This document shows positions 51,281 to 62,523 of a DNA stretch of 64,000 bases, piece after piece. The notes beneath the pieces were generated by a model. It saw nothing but the letters and a program-made list of their open reading frames with translations. It ran no database searches and had not been told where the DNA came from. The translations under genes and the position numbers were made by a program. Source of the stretch: Octopus vulgaris (taxonomy: Eukaryota); assembly GCA_951406725.2 (NCBI GenBank), contig OX597816.1, positions 113,708,001 to 113,772,000 of the forward strand, read 5' to 3'. Each line of letters begins with the position of its first letter. The first letter of the stretch is position 1.

Positions 51281-51745
51281 TATTTATCAGAGATCGCCCC
51301 CCTCCCTCTCTCTTTTTCAGTTCTAAGTGATATATTCTTTTGGCATTGGATTTTCATTTTATTTTATGAAGCAGTTCATTTATTTCTTCATTTCTTGTTG
51401 GTTGGAATATCACTTACAGCACTAAATTCTATTTATATATTCTTCTCACCTTAATTCACTATCACTTAAATTTTAATCATATTTTCATAATATTTATGTA
51501 TTTCCATATATCTTTTCATATAATGTTGACTAATAAGGCACCTCCTAATCCAATATTTTGAACATTTATTTAAGATTCATTAACTTATTAATTTGTTAAT
51601 TGAATATTTAAGATTTGAAAATTAAAGCTGTAAAATAGCTGATAGTGATTGTAACATCTACACATCAACAGAGGCTGGAGACACACATGTATATACTTGA
51701 ATATTTGAAGATATTTAATAATAATGCTTCTTAGATGTTAGTATA

Positions 51746-51896
51746 CAGGAAGGGTCGGGTGCAAAAGTAGGTATATAGTAAGTATCACAGCAACGCTATA
51801 ATACTTAATTAATTAAAATTATTAGCATATTAAATTAGCTAGTCTCATTTTGTTGTCTTTTTTTCATAATTGTATACCTACTTTTGCACCACCCTG
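51746..51896. mobile_element. Tc1/mariner-type MITE (~150 bp)
   Basis: ggtgcaaaagtaggtata / tatacctacttttgcacc inverted repeat. Ends ta|cagg ... ccctg. Confidence 0.75.
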
Positions 51897-51964
51897 CATC
51901 TATATCTTTCTGTCCATCCATCCATCCGTCTGTCTGTCTATTTATCTATGTGTATGTATATATA

Positions 51965-52127
51965 GATGCAGGCATGGCTGGTGGCTAAGAAGCTCACTTT
52001 GCAACCATGCGGTTTCAGGTTCAATCCCACTGCAGGTCACATTGGGTAGGTGTCTTCTACTGTAGTCCTAGGCTGACAAATGTTTTGTCAGTGAATTTGG
52101 TTGATGGAAATTGTGTAAATCCATTGT

Positions 52128-52130
<3 letters not shown>
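51965..52130 (+). mobile_element. SINE group A head fragment
   Basis: Diverged head up to the internal (TG)n. Similar heads at 24344-24500 and 41495-41630. Confidence 0.7.
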
Positions 52131-52161
<31 letters not shown>

Positions 52162-52459
52162 ATATGTGTGTATGGAGAGAGAGAAAGGGAGAGAAAAAGG
52201 AAGAGAGAGAGGGAGAGAGAGAGTTATTTATTAGCAAATAATTTTGTTAAACAAGTGGCTGACACATAGTTGCTTAATCTGCTGAAAATAGCAACCAAAA
52301 CTCTAACAAGTTACACACTACCATTTTAAATTTGAGAAGGACACATTGTAAAACCTGCAAGGTGATAGGTAATGCTTGTCTTCTTTTGACTCACATGATA
52401 TCATTAAATTGCAGAGAAATAATGAAGGATACAGGTACTTAGGGATACTGCAGGATGAT

Positions 52460-52830
52460 AAGTTAAAGGGAAGGGAAATGAGTAAAACAAACAGTGTAAG
52501 ATCATAGACTTTGCAATACCTTATGATAACAGAGTAGATGCCAAAGAAATTGAAACAAAATTGAGAAATATAGGGACCTAACTAGGGAACTGAAAAGATT
52601 AAGAAAAAAGGGACAAATGTTTCTGTAGCTGGTGCACTTGTCACAACACCAAAACTGCTACCTAAGAGGCTGAAGAATATTGGAATTGATACTTGTTTTT
52701 GTGACCTGCAAAATATACCATCATGCATTCTGTATAAATCCTAAGAAAGATTCTTGGATTAAGAGGAGACAGACTTGTCACCAAACCATATGATAACATT
52801 CCAGCTAGCTAAATTAGCATGAAATTGCTT

Positions 52831-52875
<45 letters not shown>
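52460..52875 (+). mobile_element. R4/Dong-like RLE retrotransposon 3' fragment 1 plus (TAA)n
   Basis: KQCKIIDFAIPYDNRVDAKEIE..KIEKYRDLTRELKRL, followed by (TAA)n at 52832-52875. Confidence 0.8.
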
Positions 52876-52876
<1 letters not shown>

Positions 52877-53104
52877 TAAAGGATTGAGGTAACTCCACCA
52901 GAAGATATAGAGTCAAAATTAAAAGAAGAGTGCCATTGTTATCTAGTGAATGATATTTTGACATCTCGTGTGTCTTCAACTGGTTCAAAAAATAATTTTG
53001 TCAATCTTCTTCACTTTGGTTAACATAGAAAAGATTGAGGTAACTCTTCCTTAAGATATAGAGTCAAAATTAAAAAAAGTAGATTGACAAAATTATTATG
53101 TAGA

Positions 53105-53728
53105 AGTAGATTCCCAATGTAGATTATGCAAATCAAAAGAGGAATGCGTTACTCATATAGTAAGTGAATGTAACATGCTAGCACAGAAAGTATACAAGAA
53201 AAGACATGACAATCTAGGGGAAGCAATCCACTGGGAGCTTTGTAGAAAGCTAGGATTTGAACATTCTGATAAATGGTATGAACATGAACCTAGTAAAGTA
53301 CTAGAAAGTAAGAAATACAAGATGTTGTGGGACTTTAACATTCAGATTGACAGAGTAATAGAAGCTAGAAGGCCTGATATTGTAGTAGTAGATAAAGAGA
53401 ATAGAAAGTGCCAGATAATTGACTTTACAGTCCGAAATGATAAACCAAATCAATATGAGAAGTATAGAAAAAATAGTAAAGTACCAGGACCTTGCTATTG
53501 AATTACAGAGACTATGGAAAGTGCAGGTAAAATGTATCTCAGTAGTTATAGGTGCATTGGGGACTATACCTAAAGATTTGAACAGATGGATAGAGGAAAT
53601 AGGCATAAAACCCAGTTTAGTACAGCTGCAGAAAACAGTATTAGGGGCAGCTAGAATACTTAGGAGGGTTCTTGGCATCTAAGGCAACTTGTTGTTAGGT
53701 TTCTTTTCTTTTCAATTGAGTTTATATG

Positions 53729-53768
<40 letters not shown>
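53105..53768 (+). mobile_element. R4/Dong-like RLE retrotransposon 3' fragment 2 plus (TAA)n
   Basis: CRLC-x8-H-x4-C knuckle, RHD, LWDFNIQ, RRPDIVVVDK..IID, EKIVKYQDL, VVIGALG. One frameshift near 53440. Confidence 0.92.
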
Positions 53769-54033
53769 GTGGAATCTAAAAACAGAAACAATTCCTATCA
53801 TAGTAGGTGCATTAAAAATATTCAGACAAATACATAACAAAAACACCAGGACTTACAAACACATATAACATACAGAAAATTGCATTACTAGGCACTGCAC
53901 ACATCCTACGCAGAACACTTTCAATACAGTAACCATCAGAGCATCACAACAAATCACAGCACATACCCAAGGCACACAGAGCTGCGCTCGGTAGTGAAGT
54001 GAAAGCACGTTATAAAAATAAAACTACTGAATG

Positions 54034-54085
<52 letters not shown>
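53769..54085 (+). mobile_element. R4/Dong-like 3' fragment 3 plus (TAA)n
   Basis: WNLKTETIPIIVGAL..IQKIALLGTAHILRRTLSIQ*, short 3'UTR, (TAA)n at 54034-54085. Confidence 0.85.
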
Positions 54086-54086
<1 letters not shown>

Positions 54087-54237
54087 TTCAAACTTTGGTA
54101 CAAGGACAACAAGTTTGGAAGAGGGGGTAAGTCTATTACATCGACTCCAGTGCTCAACTGGTACTTATTTTATTGATCCTGAAAGCATGAAAGGTAAAGT
54201 CGACCTTGACGGAAGTTGAATTCAGAACATAAAGACC
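54086..54237 (-). mobile_element. SINE group B (B1) 3' portion
   Basis: Homologous to 658-800. Its tail runs into the same (TTA)n tract. Confidence 0.8.
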
Positions 54238-54399
54238 AATGAAATAGGTAAACCAGACAGAAAAGCACAGAAAGCCATTTGTTAGCAACACTCACTGAAT
54301 TGAGTACTGGACCTACCATGCCCTTTGTCAATCAGACAATGCTACCAGTGGAGGTTCCACTTTGGTGTTCTATAGAGGGTTAGTGTGAGGTAAGAACAA

Positions 54400-55190
54400 T
54401 GACATTCTTGAGAAGACCATGAGCATCAACAAAAATCAACTGTCTGATCTGTTTCAAAAGACTTTTGGATTAGATCTCATTGATCATTTCCAGAAATCCC
54501 CGGTCTTGCATTGCTATCGCCAGTGTGTGTGTGTGAACATTGTTTGTGTGGGATAAACTCTAAGGCACAGACAGAGTACTACTCTTAGGTCAGCCTCAGA
54601 TGTGTACAAAGAAAGAAAGCTTGTTTTGCTTGCGCTTTTCCAGTATCTTAGCATTTCTAACTTGTAGAATTATGCCAAACACTTGCTATTGGGTGTGGGG
54701 GATAGATCCAGCTATCAGCTGAATCCATTAGGAAGATCATCCTGCCACCTTCCTTTGACCAAAATGGGTAGACAGTCTTCATCTGTCTGGTGACTTCAGT
54801 GCAAGATGTTATGTGAGGGGACAAGACTGAAGAGCTAAAAACAGACACCTTCTTTGGCCAAGGCCTCATCAGCTTTTGAAGTTTGGGTGCAAAGTAAAGT
54901 GCTGCTTCACAGCAAATTTGTTGAAAGGTGGAAGAGAATAGCAAAGATCTGAGTGAATGGGGTTTGCTCCAAGTATATTGAGGAAGGAGGATAGGGAGAG
55001 AACACTTACCCTAGTGGTGATGGAGATCATGGTTTTGTGGGATTTGCACATACAACCTTCAGAAGTTTTCCCCTATTGTAGAATTATTTCTTGTTTGCAT
55101 GTTTTGTTTTTGTTAACCCCACACTGTAATGCCCTGTACTATTTTAAACATTTTTTTCTTGTATCCCTAGTGGCTACTGAAAAAACATTA
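54400..55190 (+). mobile_element. L1/Tx1-like ORF2 C-terminal relic with 3'UTR
   Basis: Colinear with 42880-43460 (gcaaatttgttgaaaggtgg, ttaccctagtggt). Ends at (TTA)n. Confidence 0.6.
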
Positions 55191-55263
55191 TTATTATCAT
55201 TAAAATTATTATCATTAAAATTATTACTGTTATTATTAATATTATTATTACTATTATTATTAC

Positions 55264-55297
<34 letters not shown>

Positions 55298-55937
55298 TAC
55301 TTTTAATCTGCATGTTCGTTGCAATAACTTCGAGACACACCCAACATCTTAGGGTGAGTGAAGGATAGGAGATGGTAAAGTATGACTGAAATCTTGGGGA
55401 GGGGAAATGGCAGGAGCAGTAATGAAATAGCTTCAAGTAATATGACATAGATATTTTAATTTGATAGGGTTTTTCTAAGGATGTGAGCAGTATGTGTCAG
55501 CAGAATGATTTGGATTTCTCTGAGATATGGTTCTCCTAGAATGTTATCTAGATGTTTCTGACATCTCCTTTTTTATCATACCTAGGGCACCTATGATAAC
55601 AAGAGCAGTTATCACTTTAAGATGTCACATCTTTTGTATTTCAATTTCCAGGTCCTTATATTTACTTAATTTGTCAAATTCCTTTACAGATATATTTTTA
55701 TCAGTGGGAACACTTACATCTATTAGTCTACAAATATTTTTCCCCTGTTCTTAATGACTATGCCTAGTCGATTATCCTGGGTCATTCTGTCGGTGTTAAC
55801 TGGAAAATCCCAGAGGATAGTAATGTTTTTACCTTCAAGGACTGGCTTGGGATGATATCATACCAGTAAGCAGGAGTGCTGATTTTGTAGTGTTTACATA
55901 TTTTCCAATGTAAATACTGTCCAGCCCTATTGTGGCA
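55188..55937 (-). mobile_element. R4/Dong-like RLE 3' fragment 4 plus (TAA)n
   Basis: Minus strand HNRAGQYLHWKIC..ILWDFPVNTDR..CRLIDVSVP..KLSKYKDLEIEI..IIGALG..TAHILRKTLS. (TTA)n at 55188-55297. Confidence 0.88.
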
Positions 55938-57082
55938 TTTTTCTCCTCCTCCTCCTCCTCCTCAATATAATATTCTCCTTGTAGCATTGATTGGGCTCAA
56001 TCTAAAGTTGATCTCTCACTGGATGATATATGAATGTTTATATGGTTTAAATTGATATTATAAACAGAACATATTTAACAGCTAAGATGTACTATTGTAG
56101 TTGGTAAAATTGCTATTATGGATATACTATAGATTTCTCTGTATAAACATCTTACTATTTTTTTTTCCTTTTTAGCTCTATTATATTTAATGTGTTTTTT
56201 ATCTGGAAATAAATCAATAAAATATGCAATTAACAAAAGTTCTTTTTGATTTGTTTCACTACAAAATGAATATAAAAATTTCATATTTTATTCCAGTTGT
56301 AAAAGTTATGGTCTTCTTATGGGATTGATAAACTTGAAGATCTTATCAGTTTTTCCAATTATTTATGTTATTCTTACTAAGTAATTCAATTGTTCATCTC
56401 AACCTATTCGGTAAAATAAAAAGCAATATGATTTCATCCAAGAGTTCAATTTCTGTTAGGCTCTTCATAATAAATCAATAAGGGTTGACTGAGCTGGTAC
56501 TTTTATTTTCTGCCACCCCTCTCTCATTTGGCTGATCTTTAAATAAATCAAAATATTGGGCTTCATCCAAATTCTAATAAAAGTTTTATAGAGCTGGCAT
56601 AATGAATCAATAAAAAATAAATATTTCAGAGCAAACCAATTTGTTTATTACATTCTAAAAGCATTCTTGCTAAATAAAGTAAAAAAGAAAATAAATTGAT
56701 TTAACTTTTTCAAATATATCTTTCATTTTCTTTCCTTTTTAAATGCAATATGTTTAGAAAATGGGATAGGTTTACAAACTCATTGCAGTCTATGAGTGAA
56801 GTCTGTGAGTAAATTACTAAATTTAATGCATCATTCATTGTTGTACTGAATCACAGCTTAGTCAATAATTTATTCTTTAGGATGAGATTCTTAGGAGACA
56901 CCAACATTAACTTAGATCAACACTAAATATGATTATGGTTTAAAATGACAAAGTAGTGCAATGCTGGTAGGTATCATTTATTCCTTGGTCAATCCTGACA
57001 TTCAGACAGGGCTTACCTGGAAATAAACAATCAACAAATTAATCTTCCTCATTTTAAGCTATTGCTATCAGTTGTGCTGACC

Positions 57083-57125
57083 CTGCTGAAGAGGCTTCAG
57101 TCTTAAATCTGAAACCGTCGACAGT
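57083..57125 (+). ncRNA. Decayed hammerhead-like motif
   Basis: cug-CUGAAGA-ggcuu..aaucu-GAAAC-c-GUC-gacag. Helices are imperfect. Confidence 0.3.
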
Positions 57126-57984
57126 ATAGTCATGCTATGACTGCCACTTTCAGCCGTTTACAGTCACTATCAGTATGTATGTATACAATTATGTGCATTG
57201 ACTGTAGTATCAGTGCACTTTAGCTCTTATTTCTAGCACTGTAGGTTTTCTAACACCCTCTGTCATATTTCATGACAATTATAGTTTTCCTTTTTGCTAA
57301 ACTGCTGCCTAACTTAATTATATATATATTTTATATTATACAATATCAGTGTTATTTTATATTACCCAAACAGTCCTGTGCAAACAGAGACAATGCTTAC
57401 TTCTTTTCTAAAATACCTATATTCATTTTCTGGGTAGAATTGTTGAGTAACAAAAAAAAAAAAGTTGTTGCAGCCTTTTATGCTTTGGGTTTAAATCTTG
57501 CTGAGGTTAACTTTGCCTTTCATCCTTCTGGGGTTAATCAGATAAAAAAATTATCAGAAAAGTACTGAGATTGATTTCATATTCATATACATTATATTAG
57601 ATGCAAAGGGAATTATAATACAAGACATCTTCATATATTTATATTTCCAATGAAGAAGAATTAATCATCTGGTGATTTTTTGTTATTTTGAAAAATTAAT
57701 ATTTTATCTATATTACAAATTAAAATTTATTAATATTGACAATCATATAAAAACTCGAAAGCGTTTTAAAATAAAATTCATATCTTACCACATGAATTTT
57801 ATTATTTCCATCACACTTTTTTTGTTTTGCTCGACATATTCTCCTGAAATTTTAAACATTTTCAAGCTTTTAAAGTACTATTTTTAAATTCGTTTCCATG
57901 AATTCAAATATCTTCTACTATTTTATATCTATCACATATCATTCTTCTGCTCTCTCTTTATCTCACTTTCTCTGCCTAACTCTG

Positions 57985-58021
<37 letters not shown>

Positions 58022-59304
58022 CTTACACACATACACAGACACATGCATTTCCATGTGTAATTTTAATACGTGTCTAAAATTTAAAAACTACGAATTTGTT
58101 TGGTTGTCGTTTTAGGTATATTTAATATTTATACATGCTATCATAATTGAACTGCTACTATTTTCAGTTGATAAATATTCGTAAAACCCATTTCATATTT
58201 CCAATCTCATTGTAATTTCATTTCGAAATGAATCTATCGGATTTTAAAATCGAAAATAGGCTTAAATTTTGCTTGATCCTAATTCAGAAAACTTTTTCCC
58301 GGCTTTCCTAAACCACTTGACAATTACTGACATATTTAAAAATATTATTAAATTATAAATATTATTACTATTATTATTTTCCAAGTAGCTAATTCATGGA
58401 ATTGATTTCTGAAACAGATTTATTTTGCTGTTAAAGAACAATATTTATTTCACGGTTCCAGTTTAGTGCAACATTTTCAACATTTTGGCAATATAGCTTT
58501 TTATTTCTTATTTTATTTACTTAACTCAGATTGATAGGAAACTTTAGTACAATAAGTTTAAATGTGTCTGCTTTGAGTAAGGCATAGTTCAATATTTATT
58601 TCCATAAGATTATTGTTAACCATTTCCAATAACCTTAAAACTGCATGGAGATCTTTCTTAATCAGCTTCAATAATAAAACTTGAAAATTAAAATCACTTT
58701 ATATCTGTATACTACTCCTTTTCATCTTTGTATCATGATGATAATGATATTAATCACACTATGTATTGTTTTTTTGATAAGTAGTTGATTATGTTTTTAA
58801 CATTTCCTTTGATAATTTGACTTTGGAAAAAATTTCTTTTTATATCAAGAATCTGCTTTAGTCATTTGGCCATATTATATCCATACACACACAAAAAATA
58901 ATATCCCCCAAAAACCCCCAACAAAGTACATGTGAATATCGTCTCCCTATGCACTCAGTGATGTTTGAGTAGTTCACTATTTTCTACCATTTTTGCTAGT
59001 CAGTCAAAAACCTGTATTCTGCCAGTCATTTCATCTAACCAACATCAGAAGAATCTTTTTCTTTGCATATTCGGATGAAGGAAGCTGTTCTTGCTCTTTA
59101 TTCATACAAAATTCATCACAAAGTGGAAATGGTCTTCCCACTCTTTGTATCTGGTTATCCATGTTAATTTAACTTGTTTCAAACTCTGTAGCATTTTCTG
59201 TTCATATGACATGTACAGCACAAAGGGAAATTTAATTTCCAAATATATGTGTATCCTTTTTCTACAATGCATGAATTGCACTATTGACTGTTAACAGACA
59301 TATC

Positions 59305-59682
59305 TCTTTTACTTGTTTCAGTCATTTAACTGCAGCCATGCTGGAGCACCACCTTTAGTCGAGCTAATTGACTCCAGGACTTATTCTTTGTAAGCCTAGT
59401 ACTTATTCTATCAGTCTCTTTTGCTGAACCGCTGAGTTACAGAGATGTAAACACACCAGCATCGGCTGTCAAGCGATGTTGGGGGGACAAACACAGACAC
59501 ACATATATATACATATATACGACAGGCTTCTTTTAGTTTCTGTCTACCAAATTCACTCACAAGACTTTGGTCGGTCCAAGGCTATAGTAGAAGACACTTG
59601 CCCAAGGTGCCTCGCTGTGGGACTGAACCCGGAACCATGTGGTTGGTAAGCAAGCTAATTAACACACAACCACTCCTGCACC
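59305..59682 (-). mobile_element. SINE group A
   Basis: Full-length reverse copy. Confidence 0.92.
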
Positions 59683-59687
59683 TATAT

Positions 59688-59834
59688 GGTTTTATAAAAT
59701 AAAATTAATACTTGTTCTTTTGATTTTCAATCAGGTTTTTCTCTCTCTTTATCTGCTTCTAATTATTTTATCTATATCTCTACTTAACAGTCTCCAAGTA
59801 TATATATCTTTGAGAAGGCACCACAGTTATATAG
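59688..59834. repeat. Inverted duplication, arm 1 (partner 62373-62523)
   Basis: Near-identical reverse complement, with a few substitutions and small indels. Confidence 0.92.
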
Positions 59835-61783
59835 ATGACACTTTAGATACAAATAATTAGAGAGGTATCAAGCTGTTGGATCAGGTAATAAAAGTCACGG
59901 AGAGGGTTGTAGCCCAACTAATTAGGGAGAGAGTCAGTCTAGATGAGATGCAGTTTGGGTTTGTGCTAGGGAAAAGCACCACTGATGCTATATTTCTGGT
60001 AAGACAGCTGCAGGAGAAATACCTAGCCAAAGATAAACCCCTGTACCTGGCTTTCATTGACATGGAGAAAGCCTTCGACAAGATCCCCTGATCCCTTATC
60101 TAGTGGTCAATGAGGAAACTAGGGATAGATGAATTGTTAGTAAGTGCTGTGCAAGCCATGTACAGGGACGCTGTCAGTAAGGTGAGGGTTGGCAACTAGT
60201 ACAGTGAAGAATTCCAGGTAGAGATAGGGGTCCACCAAGGTTCAGTTTTCTGCCCCCACCTATTTATCATAGTCATCCAGACAATAACAGAGTAATTCAA
60301 GACAGATGCCCCTGGGAACCCCTCTATGCTGATGACCTTGCTCTTATTGCTGAGTCACTATCAGAACTAGAGGAAAAGTTTCTGGTATGGAAGCAAGGAT
60401 TAGAATTGAAGGGCCTTAGAGTCAACCTAGCTAAAACCAAAGTCCTAATAAGTAGGAAAGCAGGCAAACCACAAATCCCTTCAGGTAGATGGTCCTTCTT
60501 AATCTGTAGAAAAGGCATAGGTAGAAACTCTATAAGATGTACCCAGTGTAAGTTATGGACAAATAAGAGGTGCAGCAATATCAAAGGAAGGCTAACTGGA
60601 AGATAGTCTTTGTATGTGGCAGATGCTCAGGAGCAATAAACACTGGAAATGTGCAGAGAACAACTTCTGTCACATTCCAGGGAGAAAATCTAGAAGTAGT
60701 CGACAACTTCCATTAGCTAAGTGACCAAGTTAGTAATGGGGGTGGGTGCTCTGAAAGTGTAGCTGGTAGAATAAGAATAGCCTGGGTAAAGTTCAGAGAG
60801 CTCCTACCTCTGCTGGTGACAAAGGGCCGCTTGCTCAGAGTAAAAGGTAGACTGTATGTGGCATGTGTACGAACAGCCATGCTACATGACAGTGAAACAT
60901 GGGTGGTGACTGCTGAGGATATGCATAAGCTTGCAAGAAGTGAAGCCAGTATGCTCCGATGGATGTGTAATGTCAGTGTGCATATGCGACAGATTGTAAA
61001 CACCTTGAGAGAAAAGTTGGACCTAAGAAGCATCAGATGTGGTGTGCAAGATAGACGACTGCACTGGTATGCATATGTGGTGTGAATGGATGAGAACCTG
61101 TGGAAGAGGTAGACCCAGGAAAACCTGGTATGAGGTGGTGAAGCACAACCTTCAAACATTGGGCCTCACCAGGTCAATGACTAGGGACCAACACCTTTGA
61201 AAATATGCTATGCTTGAGAAGACCCGGCAAGCCAAATGAGACCATAACCCATGGCCTATGCCAGCAGTGTAACCAGCCTACTTATGCGTTGCTTGTGAAG
61301 ACCTGTTGAGGCAAGTGAAATCACAATCAAAATCAAATTCTCTGAAGTGGCTTATTACAGCACTGCCTGACTGGAACCCGTGCCACTGGAATGTTAAAAG
61401 CACCATCTGAGCACCATTCGAGTGTGATCTTTATCAGCGTTGCCTCACTGGCACTTGTGCCAGTGGCACATGAAAAACAACATTCAAGCGATGTTGTTGT
61501 CAGTGCCGTTGGACTGGCTCCTGTGCAGTTGGCACATAAAATACACCATTTGAGTGTGGCTGTCACCAGTACTGCCTGAATGGGCCTTGTGCCGGGGGCA
61601 CGTAAAAGCATCCACTACACTCTTGGAGTGGTTGGTGTTAAGAAGGGCATCCAGCTGTAGAAACTCTGCCAGATCAGATTGGAGCCTGATGCAGCCATCT
61701 GGCTTGCCATTCCTCAGTCAAACCGTCCAACCCATGCCAGCATGGAAAGCGGACGTTAAACGATGATGATGATAATGATGATG
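59835..61783 (+). mobile_element. 5'-truncated RTE LINE with RT domain (pseudogenised), 3'UTR and (GAT)n
   Basis: QFGF..GKSTTDAIF, FIDMEKAFD, GVHQGS, LYADDL, GLRVNLAKTK, AWVKFREL, RRLHWY. Stops and frameshifts are present. Confidence 0.95.
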
Positions 61784-61784
61784 A

Positions 61785-61887
61785 AAGGATGACAGGCAAA
61801 GTCGACCTCAGCGGAATTTGAACTCGAATGTAGCAGCAGACAAAATATCACTAAGCATCTTGCCTGGTGTGCTAACAATTCTGCCAA
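61785..61887 (-). mobile_element. SINE group B 5' half only
   Basis: ggcaaagtcgacctcagcggaatttgaactc...gctaacaattctgcca. The 3' half is absent. Confidence 0.8.
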
Positions 61888-62372
61888 ACCAAAATAATAA
61901 TTACATTCTGTGTAATTTCAAACATATCTTAGTATACTGGATCTGTAGATTGTCTTCATATGTTTGATGGTCCACTTTTTCTAACATTATTAAGTTAAAT
62001 CTGAGTTAATAGAAGCTACCCAATAAATTATACTCTATCCACAGTTCTACATTTTTTTAGTTTTTGTTTTTAAATCATTAGCTCTGTCAAAATCCAAACA
62101 ATAACGTTGAAAAGTATTTATCAATTTGTTTCTTGATATTGTACATGACGTTTAGTGACAGTAACTATCTTTCTTCTCTAAAACTAGATTTATGGAAATA
62201 TTCCCTCCTATTTAATAATATAGACAATGCTTACTAACTATTATACTTTTCTCATTCTTCTGATCTTCGAAATTATTGTATAGGATATATGATTCAATCT
62301 TTATATTAATAAGAGTTTTTTTACTTCGTTTATTCTTATTCATAATTGGAAGAGATGATTCATAGTATCACA

Positions 62373-62523
62373 CTATATAACTGGGGTGCCTTCTCAAAGA
62401 TATATGTAGTTGGAGACTGTTAAGTAGAGATATAGATAAAATAATTAGAAGTAGATAAAGAGAAAGAGAGAAAAACCTGATTGAAAATCAAAAGAACAAG
62501 TATTAATTTTATTTTATAAAACC
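62373..62523. repeat. Inverted duplication, arm 2 (partner 59688-59834)
   Basis: Reverse complement of arm 1, embedded in unique AT-rich DNA. Confidence 0.92.

Noticed and set aside
59020-59165. Short minus-strand ORF MDNQIQRVGRPFPLCDEF..
   Set aside because: About 43 codons, with no recognisable motif or clear splice signals.
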